Source: Mobula hypostoma (taxonomy: Eukaryota). Taken from it: a stretch of DNA of 64,000 nucleotides. Positions 37,941-50,752 of the stretch are shown piece by piece; the stretch's first letter is position 1, and each line of letters starts with the position of its first letter. The stretch lies in the NCBI RefSeq assembly GCF_963921235.1, contig NC_086109.1:14138001-14202000 (forward strand), in the 5' to 3' direction. The translations under genes and the position numbers were made by a program. Below the pieces are notes generated by a model, which saw nothing but the letters and a program-made list of their open reading frames with translations, did no database searches and had not been told where the DNA came from.

Positions 37941-39352
37941 AGAAATTCAGAGTGAAGAAACAAACACACACAATGCTAAAGGAACTCAGCAGGTCAGGCA
38001 ATATCAATGGAGAGGATTAAACAGACAATATGTCAGCCCAGCAAAGCATCAACTTTTCATTCCTTTTCATCGATGCTGCTTGACCTGCTGAGTTTTCCAG
38101 CACTTTGTGTTGATTTGTGGGCTGCATTAGGTTCCTAATATACATAGTATTAAACAAGATTCAATAAAAAATGGCCCCTCCCCTCAACTTGCACTATTAC
38201 CACTCTCTCCAAGCCAGATCTGTAGCAGCCCCCATGAATCCCATAAACTTGCTTTCGCTTTGCCCCATCCTTGGTGCCAGAGTTTCAGCTTCCGGCCTCC
38301 AAGCACAAAATCCCTCCCAAATCCCACATGCTCTCTTAAACTGTACTGTGTACAAAAATTTTATGAGGTGCCTCTCCACCCAAATTCCTGACTTGCTGTT
38401 CATTTTGTCTGACAACAATGCTATGTAATCCCTTGTGGCATTTATCACCCCACTCCCTGCATCAAAAGACTAATCCATATACTGTAGACTGCTGCAGAAA
38501 AATCGTAAAAAATTTGTGTGCACCTTCAACTGCATATGGTGTGGTATCAGAATGTTGCTTTTCTCAATATCAGCAGTAAACATTTTTAAATAGTGCACCG
38601 TTGCATCTCTTTAGATCTTAAAGGAATTACTTACTGACACTTACTAGCAAGCAACAACAAAATCCCTCAAAATACAATAAGGCAAACCTTTATTTTTGAT
38701 GTTAATTTTTGAGAGATTATGCCATTTGGAACATCCCAAAGTAACCTAGACTGAATGTATCGGCACTTGCAATGAAGCTGCACCCTTTCTGTAATGAACA
38801 GAAAAGTCCACCTAGATCTAAGTCTCCAAGTGGGGCATGACATCAAAACCTTTCAACTCAGATAACAAATGCCACTGATCATGACAAGTTCAGTAATTTT
38901 CAACTTTGGCTAAGAAATATTTCTCCCATTCAAATACACCAGAGACGGCAGATGCTGGAATCTGGAGCAAAATCGAGAAACAACCTGCTGAAGGAACTCA
39001 GTGGGTCAGGCAGGATCTGTGGAGGCAGAGGGAGAGCTGACATTCTGACTTCTTTCCTTTTCAGTCCTGATAAAGGGTCTCAGCCTGAAATGTTGACTGT
39101 TTATTCCTACTCATAAATGCTGCCTGACCCACTGAGCTCCTCCAGCAGGTATTGTCCGTGTTGCTTTGGACTTCCAGCATCTGTAGTACCTCTTGAAGCT
39201 GACTTTCCTTCTCCCTGCACACCACTTCCTGATGCAGGGTCTCAACACCAAATGTCGACTACCCTTGTGACTTCATAGATGCTGTTTAACCAGCAAGTTC
39301 CTCCAGGTTCTTGTTTTGTCCCTCTCCCACTGCTTCTATTCAATTGGTTTCC

Positions 39353-42300
39353 ACCACAAGGCATAGGAACAGAATTAGGCCATTCAATCTGCTCCGTCAT
39401 TTCATCGTGGTTGATCCAATTTTCAGCTCAGTCCCAATCTTCCGCCTTCTCTCCCCATATCCCTTCATGCCCTGACCAATCAAGAATCTATCAACGTCTG
39501 CCTTAAATATATGTAAAGACTTAGCCTCCATAGCTGCCTGTGGCAAAGAATTCCACAGATTAACACTCTGGCAAAAGAAATTCCTCATCTCTGTTCTAAA
39601 AGGTTGACCCTCTATTCTGAGGCTGTGTCCTCTGGTTTTCGTTTCTCCCACCATAGAAAACATCCTCTCCACATCCACTCTATTAAGGCTAAACATTCAA
39701 TAGGTTTCAATAAGTTCATCCCTTATTCTTCTGAATTTTAGTGAATACAGGCCTAGAGCCATCAAACACTCTTCACACGACATGCCATTCAATCCTGGAA
39801 TCATTTTCATGAACCTCCTTTGAACCCTCTCCAGTTTCAGCAAACCTTTCTATGATAAGCAGCCCAAACCTGCTCACAGTACTCCAACTGAAGCCTCACC
39901 AGTGCTTCATAAAGTTTCAACAGTACATCCTTATTTTTAAATTCCAGTCCTCTTGAAATGAATGCTAACTTCGCACTTGCCTTCCTCACCACAGACTCAA
40001 CCTGTCAATTAACCTTTGGGGAATCCTGTACAGGACTCACCTTAGTTTTTTGTATTTCTCTCCATTTAGAAAATAGTCAACCCTTCCATTTTTGATCATA
40101 CTATATGATCATACACTTTCCAACACCATACTCCATCTGCCATTTCTTTGCTCATTCTCCAATCTGTCCAAGTCCTTCTGCAGCCTCTCTACTTCCTCGA
40201 AACTACCTACCCCTCCACCTATCTTCATATCGTCTGTAAACTTCAAAACAAACCCACCAACCCATCATCCAAATCATTGACCTATAACATAAAAGTAATC
40301 AGTACCAACACAGAACCCTGCGGAGCACCACTACTCACTGTCAGACAGACAGAAAGGCTCCCTTTATTCCCACTCTTCACCTCTTGCCAATCACCCCTCT
40401 ACCCCTGCTAGATTGTTTCCTGTAATACCATGGGCTCTTAACTTGTCAAAGGTCTTCTGAAAATCCACGTACACATCAACCGATTTTCCTTTGTCTATCT
40501 TGCTTGTCGTTTCTTCAAAGAATTCCAACAGATACGTCAGGCAAGATTTTCTCTTGAGGAAACCATGCTGACTACAGCCTTGTTTAATCATGTGCCTCCA
40601 AGTCGCTGAGATCTCATCCTTAACAATTGACTAACATCTTCCCTACTACTGAGGTCAGACGAACTGTTTCCTTTCTTGCTGCTCTCTCCCTTCTTTAAGA
40701 GGAGAGGGACATTTGCAATTTTCCAGTCTTCCAGAACCATTCCAGAATCTAGTGATTCTTGAAAGATCATTACTAATGCTTCTACAATCTCTTCAGCAAT
40801 CTCTATCAAAACCCTGGGGTATTGTCCATCTGGTCCAGGTGACTTACCTACCTTCAGATCTTTCAATTTCCCAAGCACCTTCTCCTTAGTAATAGCAGCT
40901 GCACTCAAGTCTGCCTCCTGACACTCTCAAATTTCTGCTAGTGTCTTCCACAGTGAAAGCCAATGCAAAATACCTAATAAGTTCATCACCATTTCTTCAT
41001 CCCCCATTTCTACCTCTCCACCATCTTCCAGCGGTCCAATATCCACTCTCACCTCTCTTTCACTTTTTATATATCTGAATAAATCTTTGGTATCCTCTTT
41101 GATATTATTAGCTAGCTTACCTTCTAATTTCATCTTCAGACCTTTCAGTTTCCTAAAAACCTTCTCTCTAGTTATAGTAACTTCACACACTTCATGCCCC
41201 CTGACACCTGGAACTTCCACCATACTGCTAGTGTCTTCCACAGTGAAGACTGATGCAAAATACTTATTCAGTTTGTCTGCCATTTCCTTGTCCCCCATTA
41301 TGATCTCTCCAGCATCGTTTCCCAGTGGTCCAATATCCACTCTCACCTCTTTTACACGATGTGTCTGAAGAAACTTTTGCTATCCTCTAATATTATTGGC
41401 TAGCTAGATTGGCTCCACCTGTACCTTCTTAGTGACTTTTTTTTGTTGCCTTCTGTTGGTTTTTAAAAGCTTCCCAGTCCTCTAACTTCACATTAATCTT
41501 TGCTCTATTATATGTCCTCTCTTTGGCTTTTATGTTGGCTTTAACTTCTCGTTAGCCTCAGTTGTATCATTTTGCCTTTAGAATACATCCTCTTTGGGAT
41601 GGGATGCATACATCCTGTACCCTCCAAGTTGCTTCCAGAAATTCCAGCCATTGCTGCTCTGCCATCATCCTTGCTAGTGTTCTTTTCCAATCAATTCTGA
41701 CCAACTCCTCTCTCAGGCCTCTTTAACTCCCTTGACTCCACTGTAATACGATACATATGACTTTAGCTTTTTTCTTCCCAAATTTCAGGGCGAACTCAAC
41801 CATATTATGGTGACTTACCTCCAAGGGTTCTTTTACCTTAAGGTCTCTAATCAATTCTGGTTTATTACACAACACCCAGTCAGAATAGCTGATCTAGTGC
41901 ACTCAACCACGAGCTGCTCTAAAAAGTCATCTTGTAGATACTCTAGAAATTCTCCTTCTTGTATCCAGTACCAACCTGATTCCACCCCCCCCTCCAAAAT
42001 CTACCTGCATATTGAAGACCCCCATGACAAATGCATTACCCTTTAGGCATGCATTTTCTATTTCCCGTTGTAATATGTAGGCCACATCCTTACTACTGTT
42101 TGGAGGTCTGTATATAACTCCCATCAGGGTCTTTGTACCCTTGCAGTTCCTTTGCTCTATCCACATTGGTTCAACCCCTTCCGAGCGCATGTCTCCCCTT
42201 TCTAATGATTTGATTTCATTTTTTACCAGCAGAGAAACACAACCCCCTCTGGCTTCCTGCCTATCCTTTCAATAAAATGTGTATCTGTGGACATCAAGTT

Positions 42301-43600
42301 CCAAGCTATAACCTTTCAGCCATGATTCAGTGATGCCAATCTGCAACTGTGCTGCAAGTTCATCTACCTTATTCTGTATATTGCACACATTCAGATACAG
42401 CTTCAGTCCTATATTCACCCTTTTCAATTTTGTCTGCCTTTTACATTGCACTTCATCCTGTTGACTAATTTTGCCAATCTCTCCTCACTACACGTAGCTG
42501 CTTACAAACAGGCAATCTATCTTCAGCACTATTATCCACCTTTTGTACTTGCATTGAAATACAGGCAGCTCAGGACACTAATCACGCCATGCTCAATTGT
42601 TTGCTTTCTAACTTTATCTGAGGTCTTAGCAGCATCTACCTCCACAACTTCTCCAACTGCTCTGGCACTCTGGTTCCCACCCCCTGCAACTCTAGTATAA
42701 ACTCCACTGTGCAGCATTAAAAAACCTTCCCACTAGGATATTAGTCCCACTCCAGTTCCGATGCAAACTGTGCTGTCTATACAGGTGCCATCTTCCCTGG
42801 AAGAGAGCCCAATGATCCAAAAATTTTATGCCCTCCCTCTTACACCAACTCCTTAGCCACCTATTAAGCTATATAATCTTCCTAGTTCTGGCCTGACTAG
42901 CATGTGGCCCAGGCAGCAATCCTGTGATCACAATCCAGAGGTCCTGCCCTTTAACTTAGCACTCAACCGCCCATGCAGAACCTCGTCACTCATTCTACCT
43001 TTGTTCACCCTCCCACTCAAGAATGCTGAGGACTCGATCGGATATATCCTGGACCTCAGCAGCTGGGATGCAACATACTATCTGGGAATCTCATTCTTGC
43101 CCACAGAACCTCCTGTCCATTCCCTTAATGAATTTTCTATCACCACAGTGTGCCTCTTCCCCCACCCCTTCCAAGTCACAGTCAGTGCCAGGGACCAGGA
43201 TACTGTGGCTTTCTTCTGCTAGGTCATCCCTGCCGACAGATTCCAAAGTGATTTCCTGTTGTTGAGGGGGATGGCCACAGGGGTACTCTGCACTGGCTCC
43301 TTAATCCCTTTCCCCTTTCCGACTGTCACCCAGTTTCCAGTTTCCTGGACCTTGGGTGTAACTACTTCCCTGTATGTCCCATCCAACACCCCCTCAGCCT
43401 CCCAAATGATCTGGAGTTCATCCAGATCCAACTCCATCTCCTGAACTCAGTTTGTTAGAAGCTGCAGCTGGATGCATTTCTCAGTTGTCGTCGTCAGGGA
43501 AACGGGAGGTTTTTTTGCCTTCTCACAACAGGAGCATCTCTACTGTCCTAGCTGAGCAGATATAAACAGAAGTGGGAGGGGGGGAGAAACAACTTGAGCT
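39353..43600 (-). mobile_element. Old near full-length CR1 LINE (decayed ORF1 and ORF2)
   Basis: ORF1-like 43219..43437 (REVVTP..WVTVGKGKG..STPVAIPLNN), endonuclease fragments 41927..42451, RT fragments 40391..41346 and 39397..39696. Confidence 0.85.
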
Positions 43601-44069
43601 TTTCCTTTGCTTTCTCTGACTGAAACCTCTCTTTGCCAAAGCTTTGAAGAGCTAAAGCGTAAAGATCACCACTCAGACAATGGCCGCTGTGCTTGCCCTG
43701 CCTTCCTTTAATTTGCTTAATAATCAATCCCAGGTGCCAATCAGTCTCTGGTTAAAGCTCTTTTGCTGCCGTGATACGCTGTTGTATTTTATCCTCTGGC
43801 AGTGGTCCTGACTGAACTCCCCTCTCCAAACTGTCAACATCCGGATTGGCTACTGGTCTATGCTGCTTTACTTAGTAAAATTTCTGTATTATAATACATT
43901 GATACGAGGCAAGTTTGATGCCAAACATGGAAGCCGGGGTATTCAATTTCTTGAAATTAAACACAACCTGGAATAAAAGATATCACAAAGCAAGAAAATC
44001 CCACTGGATTCTCAAATATTCATCTGCATGCTTATCCCATTTTGCCTGTTTGCAATTCTAGAACCAATG

Positions 44070-44650
44070 TTCAAATTTCAAAGTAAATTAATTATCAAAG
44101 TACATATATGTCACCATGATCAACCCCAAGATTTATTTTCTGGTGGGCATACAATAACCATAATAAAATTAATAAAAGACCACACCAACAAAGTGGACAA
44201 CCAGTGTGCAAATACATAGAGAATAATAATAATAAATAAAAATCAATAAATAGAGAACAGGAGATAAAGAGTTCTTGAAAGTTAATCCATAGGTTGTAGG
44301 AACAGTTCAGTGATGGGGCAAGTGAAGTTATCCCCTCCGGTTCAGCAGCCTGATAACTGAGGGGTAAAAACTGTTCACGAACTTGGCAGTCCTGAAGCTC
44401 CTGTACCCGCTTCCTGATGGCAACAGTGAGAAGAGAGCATGACCTGGGTGCTGGGGGTCCTTAATGATAGCTGTTGCTTTCCTGCAACAACGCTCCAGGT
44501 AGGAGGTGCTCAATGGTGCAGAGGGCTTTATCCGTGATGCACTGGGCTGTATACACTAATTTTGTAGGTTTTTCCATTCCAGGTTGTGATGTAGCCAGTT
44601 AATATACTCTCCACCACACATCTATAGAAGTTTGTCAAAGTTATAATAAC
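44070..44650 (-). mobile_element. Rex1/Babar-type LINE 3' fragment
   Basis: FYRCVVESILTGYITTW and IIKDPQHPGHALFSLLPSG..NSFYP.VIRLLN peptides. Confidence 0.7.
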
Positions 44651-45638
44651 GTATTTGATTCTTAAGTGCTCACCATTCCAATTAATTTGAGAACAAGTAT
44701 CAGTGTTGCCAAAGTCCATATACTATGAATAAAGGAATGTTTCCTAAAAAGGAAGATTCTGAAGAATAATTACTGGTGATAAACGTGCAGAAACCAATTT
44801 CCTAAACAAGAGAAAATCTGCCGATGCTGGAAATCCAAGCAACGTACACAAAATGCTGGAGGAACTCAGAAGGCCAAGCAGCATCTGTGAAAGAGTAAAC
44901 AGTTGATGTTTCGTGTCAAGACCCTCCATGAGGACTTCATCAAGTCCTTAAGGGTCTCGGCCCAAATTATCAACTGTACTCTTTTCCATAGATGCTGCCT
45001 GACCTGCCAAGCTGCTCCAGCATTTGTGTGTTGTTTGAAACCAATTTTCCAATGGGAAGGACCTACAAAGAGCAATGGGATAAATAACCATTCAAATGTT
45101 TGAGCTAAATACAGATAATTAATTCCTAGGAAACACTGCTTCTCTTTATTTGATGCCATTGGTGTTTACATCTACTTGAAAGGTCACACAGATGGTGGAA
45201 TAGAGCCTTCAGTTAGATGGAGAAAAATGGCCTCAACTCCCACAGTGCAGCACTACTCTAAACCAAGCCAGGATAATTCTGGATTGAACCAGGAATGAGA
45301 ACATTATAATCAAGACAAAACCAGTATGCTTATATCAAGTGTAAATGATTTGATTTCAAACATTAATGGCTGAAAATACTCCTGTGAAAAGGGATTTCTT
45401 CCAGTGCCAAATGTTTTATCTCCATGACATAAAATGATATCTCTTACAATTTACTTTGGGACCAGTTTCAGCTCACACATCAGTGTACACCGGCTTACAG
45501 TTTACCAACATACTGATTTTAAACTCTTATTTTCAAAAAAAAAAAACCCTGCTCTGACATTCAAGCTCTATGATCCTCCGGGATCTTGTGTTATATCATT
45601 TCTGACCTCGTCTACCCCCAAATCTTAAGGCTGCACTA

Positions 45639-46118
45639 CATTCAGTGGCCACTTTTATTAGGTCCCTATTGAACCTAATAAAGAGGTCACTGAGTATATG
45701 TTTGTGGTCTTCTGTGGTTGTAGCCCATCCACTTCAAGGTTCGATGTGTTGTGCATTCAGAGACGCTCTTCTGCACACCACGGTAGTAACGCGTGGTTAT
45801 TCCAGTTACTGTTGTGTTGCTATCAGCTTGAGCCAGTTTAGCTATTCTCTCATTAACAAGACATTTTTACCCACAGAAATGCCACTCACTTCTTGTTTTT
45901 GGTAAAATCTAGAAATGTTGTGCATGAAAATCTCAGGAGACCAGTCATTTCTCAGATACTCAAACCACTCCATCTGGCACCAACAATCATTCCACTAAGT
46001 CATTAAGCTCACAGTCTGATGTTTTGACCATGTCTGCTGCTTTTATGCACTGAGTTGCTGCCACATGATTGGCTGATTAGACATTTGCATTAACAAGCAG
46101 GTGTACCCAACAGAGTGC
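45639..46118 (-). mobile_element. Tc1-family remnant (same family as 24041-24748)
   Basis: TIR-like cattcagtggccacttttattagg and the reverse complement of the transposase 5' region. Confidence 0.7.
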
Positions 46119-46559
46119 TTTCACTTGCCTAGGTCTCAAGCTCTGGAGTTCCCTGTTCAACACCTCTCCTTCAATCAATACCACCAAAATAAACTGCAAT
46201 ATATTCGATTGATTAAAACAAAAGTTTATGCTTCAAAGTAATGGATGAAATTACTCTTCAAAGTGTGGAGAACTGGAACATAAAGCACTCAGATTCTTTG
46301 TGATGATAAATAGGGTACAATTGCTAAGTCAACAGATAGTATGTTTTATTAAACTACTATCAGCATGTTTTAACAAGAGAAAGGATTAAGTTTCTGTCTG
46401 TGAAGAAACTAAGGCAGAGTTACTTAGTTCCTTCCTCAATGAGATAATGCTACTGGACAGGATAGATTCGGATATGGCATAAAGCAGATTGGGGGAATAT
46501 GATGAACAGGGCTGTTGAGATTCATTAGTTCCTGATTTGGGTTCACACCGTGTACTTAC

Positions 46560-46720
46560 CAAGGAGAATTTGTTGACTTGGACATAAAGGGTGTGTACTT
46601 CATTGTCAGTTACCTCGCCTCCCTTCTTGGTAAATTGTTTACACGCTTCCAAGTAGGTTCTCAGCCACTGCATCTGCAAGGACTCATCTGGGTACAAAGA
46701 GTAGTCTACCTCATTCACCC
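46560..46720 (-). CDS. ETNK2: Ethanolamine kinase coding exon (161 bp): (G)VNEVDYSLYPDESLQMQWLRTYLEACKQFTKKGGEVTDNEVHTLYVQVNKFSL
   Basis: Lies within ORF 46386..46727. Acceptor ttctgtgctag, donor gtaagt. Phase 1 start fits the previous exon and it ends in phase 0. Confidence 0.92.
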
Positions 46721-46944
46721 CTAGCACAGAAAGAGGCGCATTATAATTATTTGCTCAACTCACATACCAGAAATACAATAAATCCATGCTCAAAATGACC
46801 AGCCACATTTCTTTCCCAGTCTTGCTTTAGATATGCAAAACTGAAGCACAAAACACCCAGTCACAAGTTCACAATATGAAACACTACAGTTATTGACAAG
46901 CCGTGAATTTTATTTAGGATCATTGCTGTTCTTTCAGAATGTTC

Positions 46945-49474
46945 TGAGGAAGTTGCAGTAAGGCAAAAGACAAAGCAAGGATAGCCTGGGGCAGTTGTAG
47001 TCAAGTAAGATGGTCAGACACCTCTGCCTACTATAGTTAAGATAGGCTTGGACGACTGCAGCAGTGTAGAAAAGCCAAACAAGTGAGGCCTCTGTGGTGA
47101 AGCTTTTCCAGACAGGTCTTCCTGAAACATAGCATCCCTTTACAGAATAGGCAGTGCCAAAGACAGACAAGTTAACAGAAGGATATGAAGCATACCCAAC
47201 ATCCAAGACTCTATTGCCTTTACTAACTTCAAGTTATCAGCTATATGCTCGAACTTCCAATTGACTTTAACACCTGCTGTGAATGGCGACTGATCTTGCA
47301 ATTAAGGTGTGTTCTGAGCCCAGTTAAATTGTGTGAGGAAACTGGACTAAGGTGGTCAGAGCCACTTCCAATGGCTCTTATGACAATGCACTGCACTCCA
47401 AACCATGCAATGGGACTCCCTCTGCATGAGGTAGCATTCGGACATCCATGCGTTTTGCCAGTCACTCTTCCCTTTTTAGTAAAAGAGATAGACATTCATA
47501 TTGTGAGTGAAAACTTGTTAAATTGTGTGGCATTAATGCGAACACAAAGGTCTCAATCACCAGGTATCAGCAGCCCAAAAAGTCATGAAAACTGCAGAGT
47601 ACCACACCTACCAACCTGAAGACTGACTGCTGGTGAGAGCCTACCAATGAAAGAACTGCTTGGAGCCCCACTGGGAACATCCATTTAAAGCGTTGCTGAC
47701 CACATACACTGCTTTAAAGGGTCCAAGGAAAGCCAATGTGGATACACACCTTGCACGTCCAGCCAGCAGGAAACAGGTGGCCAGAAGATCCATGATAAGG
47801 AATGGTGGACTGAACTCTTGATCTTTGCTACTTGCCACCTATGTAACCAAATGTGTTTTGAGTATCTGGCCATCCACTTCCTGCCTAAATACAGAAGTGT
47901 CCCACAATACTAATACTCTTAACATTTTTCTCCACCTTTGTTATGAATATGCGTTGTTTACTAACCAGTCAAGTTGTTGTATAGGCTCTCTACAGCACAC
48001 CCATTTGGAAGGAGGGTTGCTAATGCGGCCTATACCCCTGAATCGTAATGAGCTTATTCGTTGATACCAAAGCTAAATCTGTGAGGGAACAGGGAACTGC
48101 ACTGCCCATAGAAATGACTCTTGCCAATGCAATTGTTTCAAGGGCTGGTATCAACCTACCTACAATGGAGGGCATAACCCCTCTGCACTGTAGCTGCTTC
48201 ATGGGGATAGGGGTGAAATATGTTACCATAACCAGCAAGGGATGGATTAGACTTGGGTAACAGTATGTGGCCAACAGGCCCATTAGTGGCTGTCAGCAGC
48301 ACCCCTTCCAAAACGGGATCTTGGTCTGAACAAAACCCACGGAGGGGTGTACTCACCTATGAAATACCATATATGTACCACTTGTCTACACATCCCACTG
48401 AGCAGGGCCACCAGTGAAGGAGCATTATGGAAATTAAGCACTTGTGGATAACAGCAATCCTGTTCTGGGCACCAGCCAGACTCACTCACAAGAACTTCAA
48501 TATAGTTTCAGCATTGGAAAAATTGGCTAACCGATACAGCCTTAGCACAATATGGTACAAGTCAATAATGTAATCACCACCAAAATAGTGGCAAGCCGAA
48601 CTGCGGCCCTTCAAAAATCGATTTGCAACTGGAATTTTTGTTGGCCAAAAGGAGTGGCATTTGTGTTACCACTGGCCAGGGGTGTTGCATGTAATTAGCA
48701 TGGAACGGGACTAGTCTTAGGTACCAGTGCATGCAATGTCTGCACCACTGGTGACCCTCTCTGATTTCTCCAAGAATATCACCAATTTAGCTGTGCACAT
48801 CTGAGTAGGAGATGATAAGGTTGAGGCGATTGAGAAGGAGCAACACAAGACATTATCCTCAACTTGGATTACATTTGGCTGACTTCATACTTCACTCAAG
48901 AGCTGGGGCAAGTCTATTGTACAGTGGGCAATGGGAGCCATATTCTTGTTAGTTCTCATATTCCATTTAGTCTCTTGCCTGAGGTTACTCTGAAATGATA
49001 GCCTGCAGAGCAGCTACCTCCATCATGATACAGCAGCCAAGCACCCCTGACAAAACTGCACAGAGTTTCAGAGACTCTATGCTATTGAACTTAAAATTTA
49101 TGTTGTCCTCTACAGGACAAAGAGGAGGGAGTGTGGAAGCTACAGAAAGGCAAAAGGTTAAAGCAAGGATTGCCTGGGGTTGTTGTAGCCCAGCGAAATA
49201 TTTGAAGTGAGACTGCTGGAGACACCGCTGCTTAGCACAGACGAGACAGACTGGGGTGACTGCGGCAACGCGTACTCAAGCCAAACGAGTAAGGCGTCTG
49301 TCTTTTTAGACAATAGGGGGTGCCAAAGATACAGATGAGCTAACAGAAGGATGTGAAGCATACCCAACTAAAGCTCTACTGTCTTTACTAACTTCAAAAT
49401 ATCATCGGCTGTCCACTCAAAATTTTTTATTGTGAATGGCGATTGATCTTGCAAGTAAGGAATTCAAAATTACA
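46945..49474 (+). mobile_element. Decayed endogenous retrovirus (LTR, partial integrase, env, PPT, LTR), antisense within an ETNK intron
   Basis: Diverged direct repeats at about 46945-47307 and 49132-49474. Integrase remnants KLCEETGLRW..LPMAL and PHWEHPFKALLTT.TALK. env ISD-like and CX6CC motifs at 48609-48688. PPT aaagaggagggag at 49119-49131. Confidence 0.8.
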
Positions 49475-50354
49475 GTTTATAATGATCAATATCTGTAACT
49501 GATAAGCAAATTCTGTTTAAAAATAGCAGTTTTCTGTTCAGACTTCGAAGAATATGATGGCAGGGGCTAAAGCCTTGTGCACAAAATAAAAAGAATGCTT
49601 GAATTATAAGAGTGCTACTTTGACAGTTCCAAAGCATATCCCCAAGTAAGCACGTTTTGAATTGAACTGCTAATAAACAGATAAGTGCCAATTTACCTGT
49701 TGAAATAACACTATGGCATTCTTTATATTCAAAGTTTGCAGATATGGCTTCATTTAACATCTCATCCAAAAGATGAGATCTGTGGTAGCACATCACTCCA
49801 ATGGCACTGCATTAAAGCCAAATTTGTGTTCAAGTCATCAGAAAGGAATCTGAGCAGAGTCAACTTGATAGATAGAACACAGAAAAGTACAGGCCCTTCA
49901 GCCTCTTAAATGTCCCCAACATATCTGTCTCTACCACCAGCACCGCAGACAGCACATTCCATGCACCCACCACTGTTTTTAAAAAAAACTACCTCTGACA
50001 TCCCCCTATACTTTCCTCCAATCACTTCAAAATTATTCCCTCATTTTAGCCAGTCCTGTCCCAAGAGAAAGGTGCTGACTATCCACTCTATCCAGGCTTC
50101 TCAGCTTATACACAACAATCAAGTCACTTCTCATCCTCCTTCACTCCAAAATAAAGAGCACTTGCTCACCCAACCTTTACTCCCAAGATGTGCTCTAATC
50201 TAGGCAGCATCCTGGTAAATTTCCTCTGCAACCTGTAAAGCTTCCACATCTGCCCTATAATGAGAACTTAACATTGCAAAGACTGGGAGGATTTCCTTTC
50301 AAGAGCAAAGAAAACATTTTTAAAAGTTATGGCAGGACACTCACTTACAGAAGG

Positions 50355-50700
50355 AGCAGCTTGTACTATCTATAGGATGCACTGCTGCAACTCACTAAGA
50401 CTCGGACAGCATTTTCCAAACCACAAAGTCTACCAGCTAGAAGGACAGGGGCAGCAGAAGCATGAGAACACCACCACCAGGAAGGTTATCCATCAGACAC
50501 ATACAGTCCTAAACTGGAGATACAATTGCCATTGCTTTACTAGCATCGGGTCAAAATCCTGAAATTCCCTCCATGAAGGCATTGTAACCCTATGCCTCAA
50601 GGACGGCAGTTCAAGGAAGTCGAGGTTGGAGAAGTTGGTTTGAGATGGTGGGGAATTATTTTCCAGATTTCCACAACATTGTGCCTTAAGCATTGCTATC
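50355..50700 (+). mobile_element. Old LINE 3' fragment adjacent to an ETNK exon donor site
   Basis: TIYRMHCCNS.R..QHFPN and GSKS..NSL peptide resembling LINE ORF2 C-termini. Clade not resolved. Confidence 0.45.
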
Positions 50701-50752
50701 AACTTGAATGGCTTGGTTCAACAGAGCGAAGCTGCAGGTACAAAATACTCAC

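Noticed and set aside
46386..46727. 113-aa ORF as a standalone gene
   Set aside because: It is an ETNK exon (46560-46720) read through into intron on both sides. Splice sites delimit the conserved part.
47825..48960. Domesticated (syncytin-like) env gene
   Set aside because: Multiple frameshifts and a stop two codons after CX6CC (TAA at 48692) leave no long ORF.
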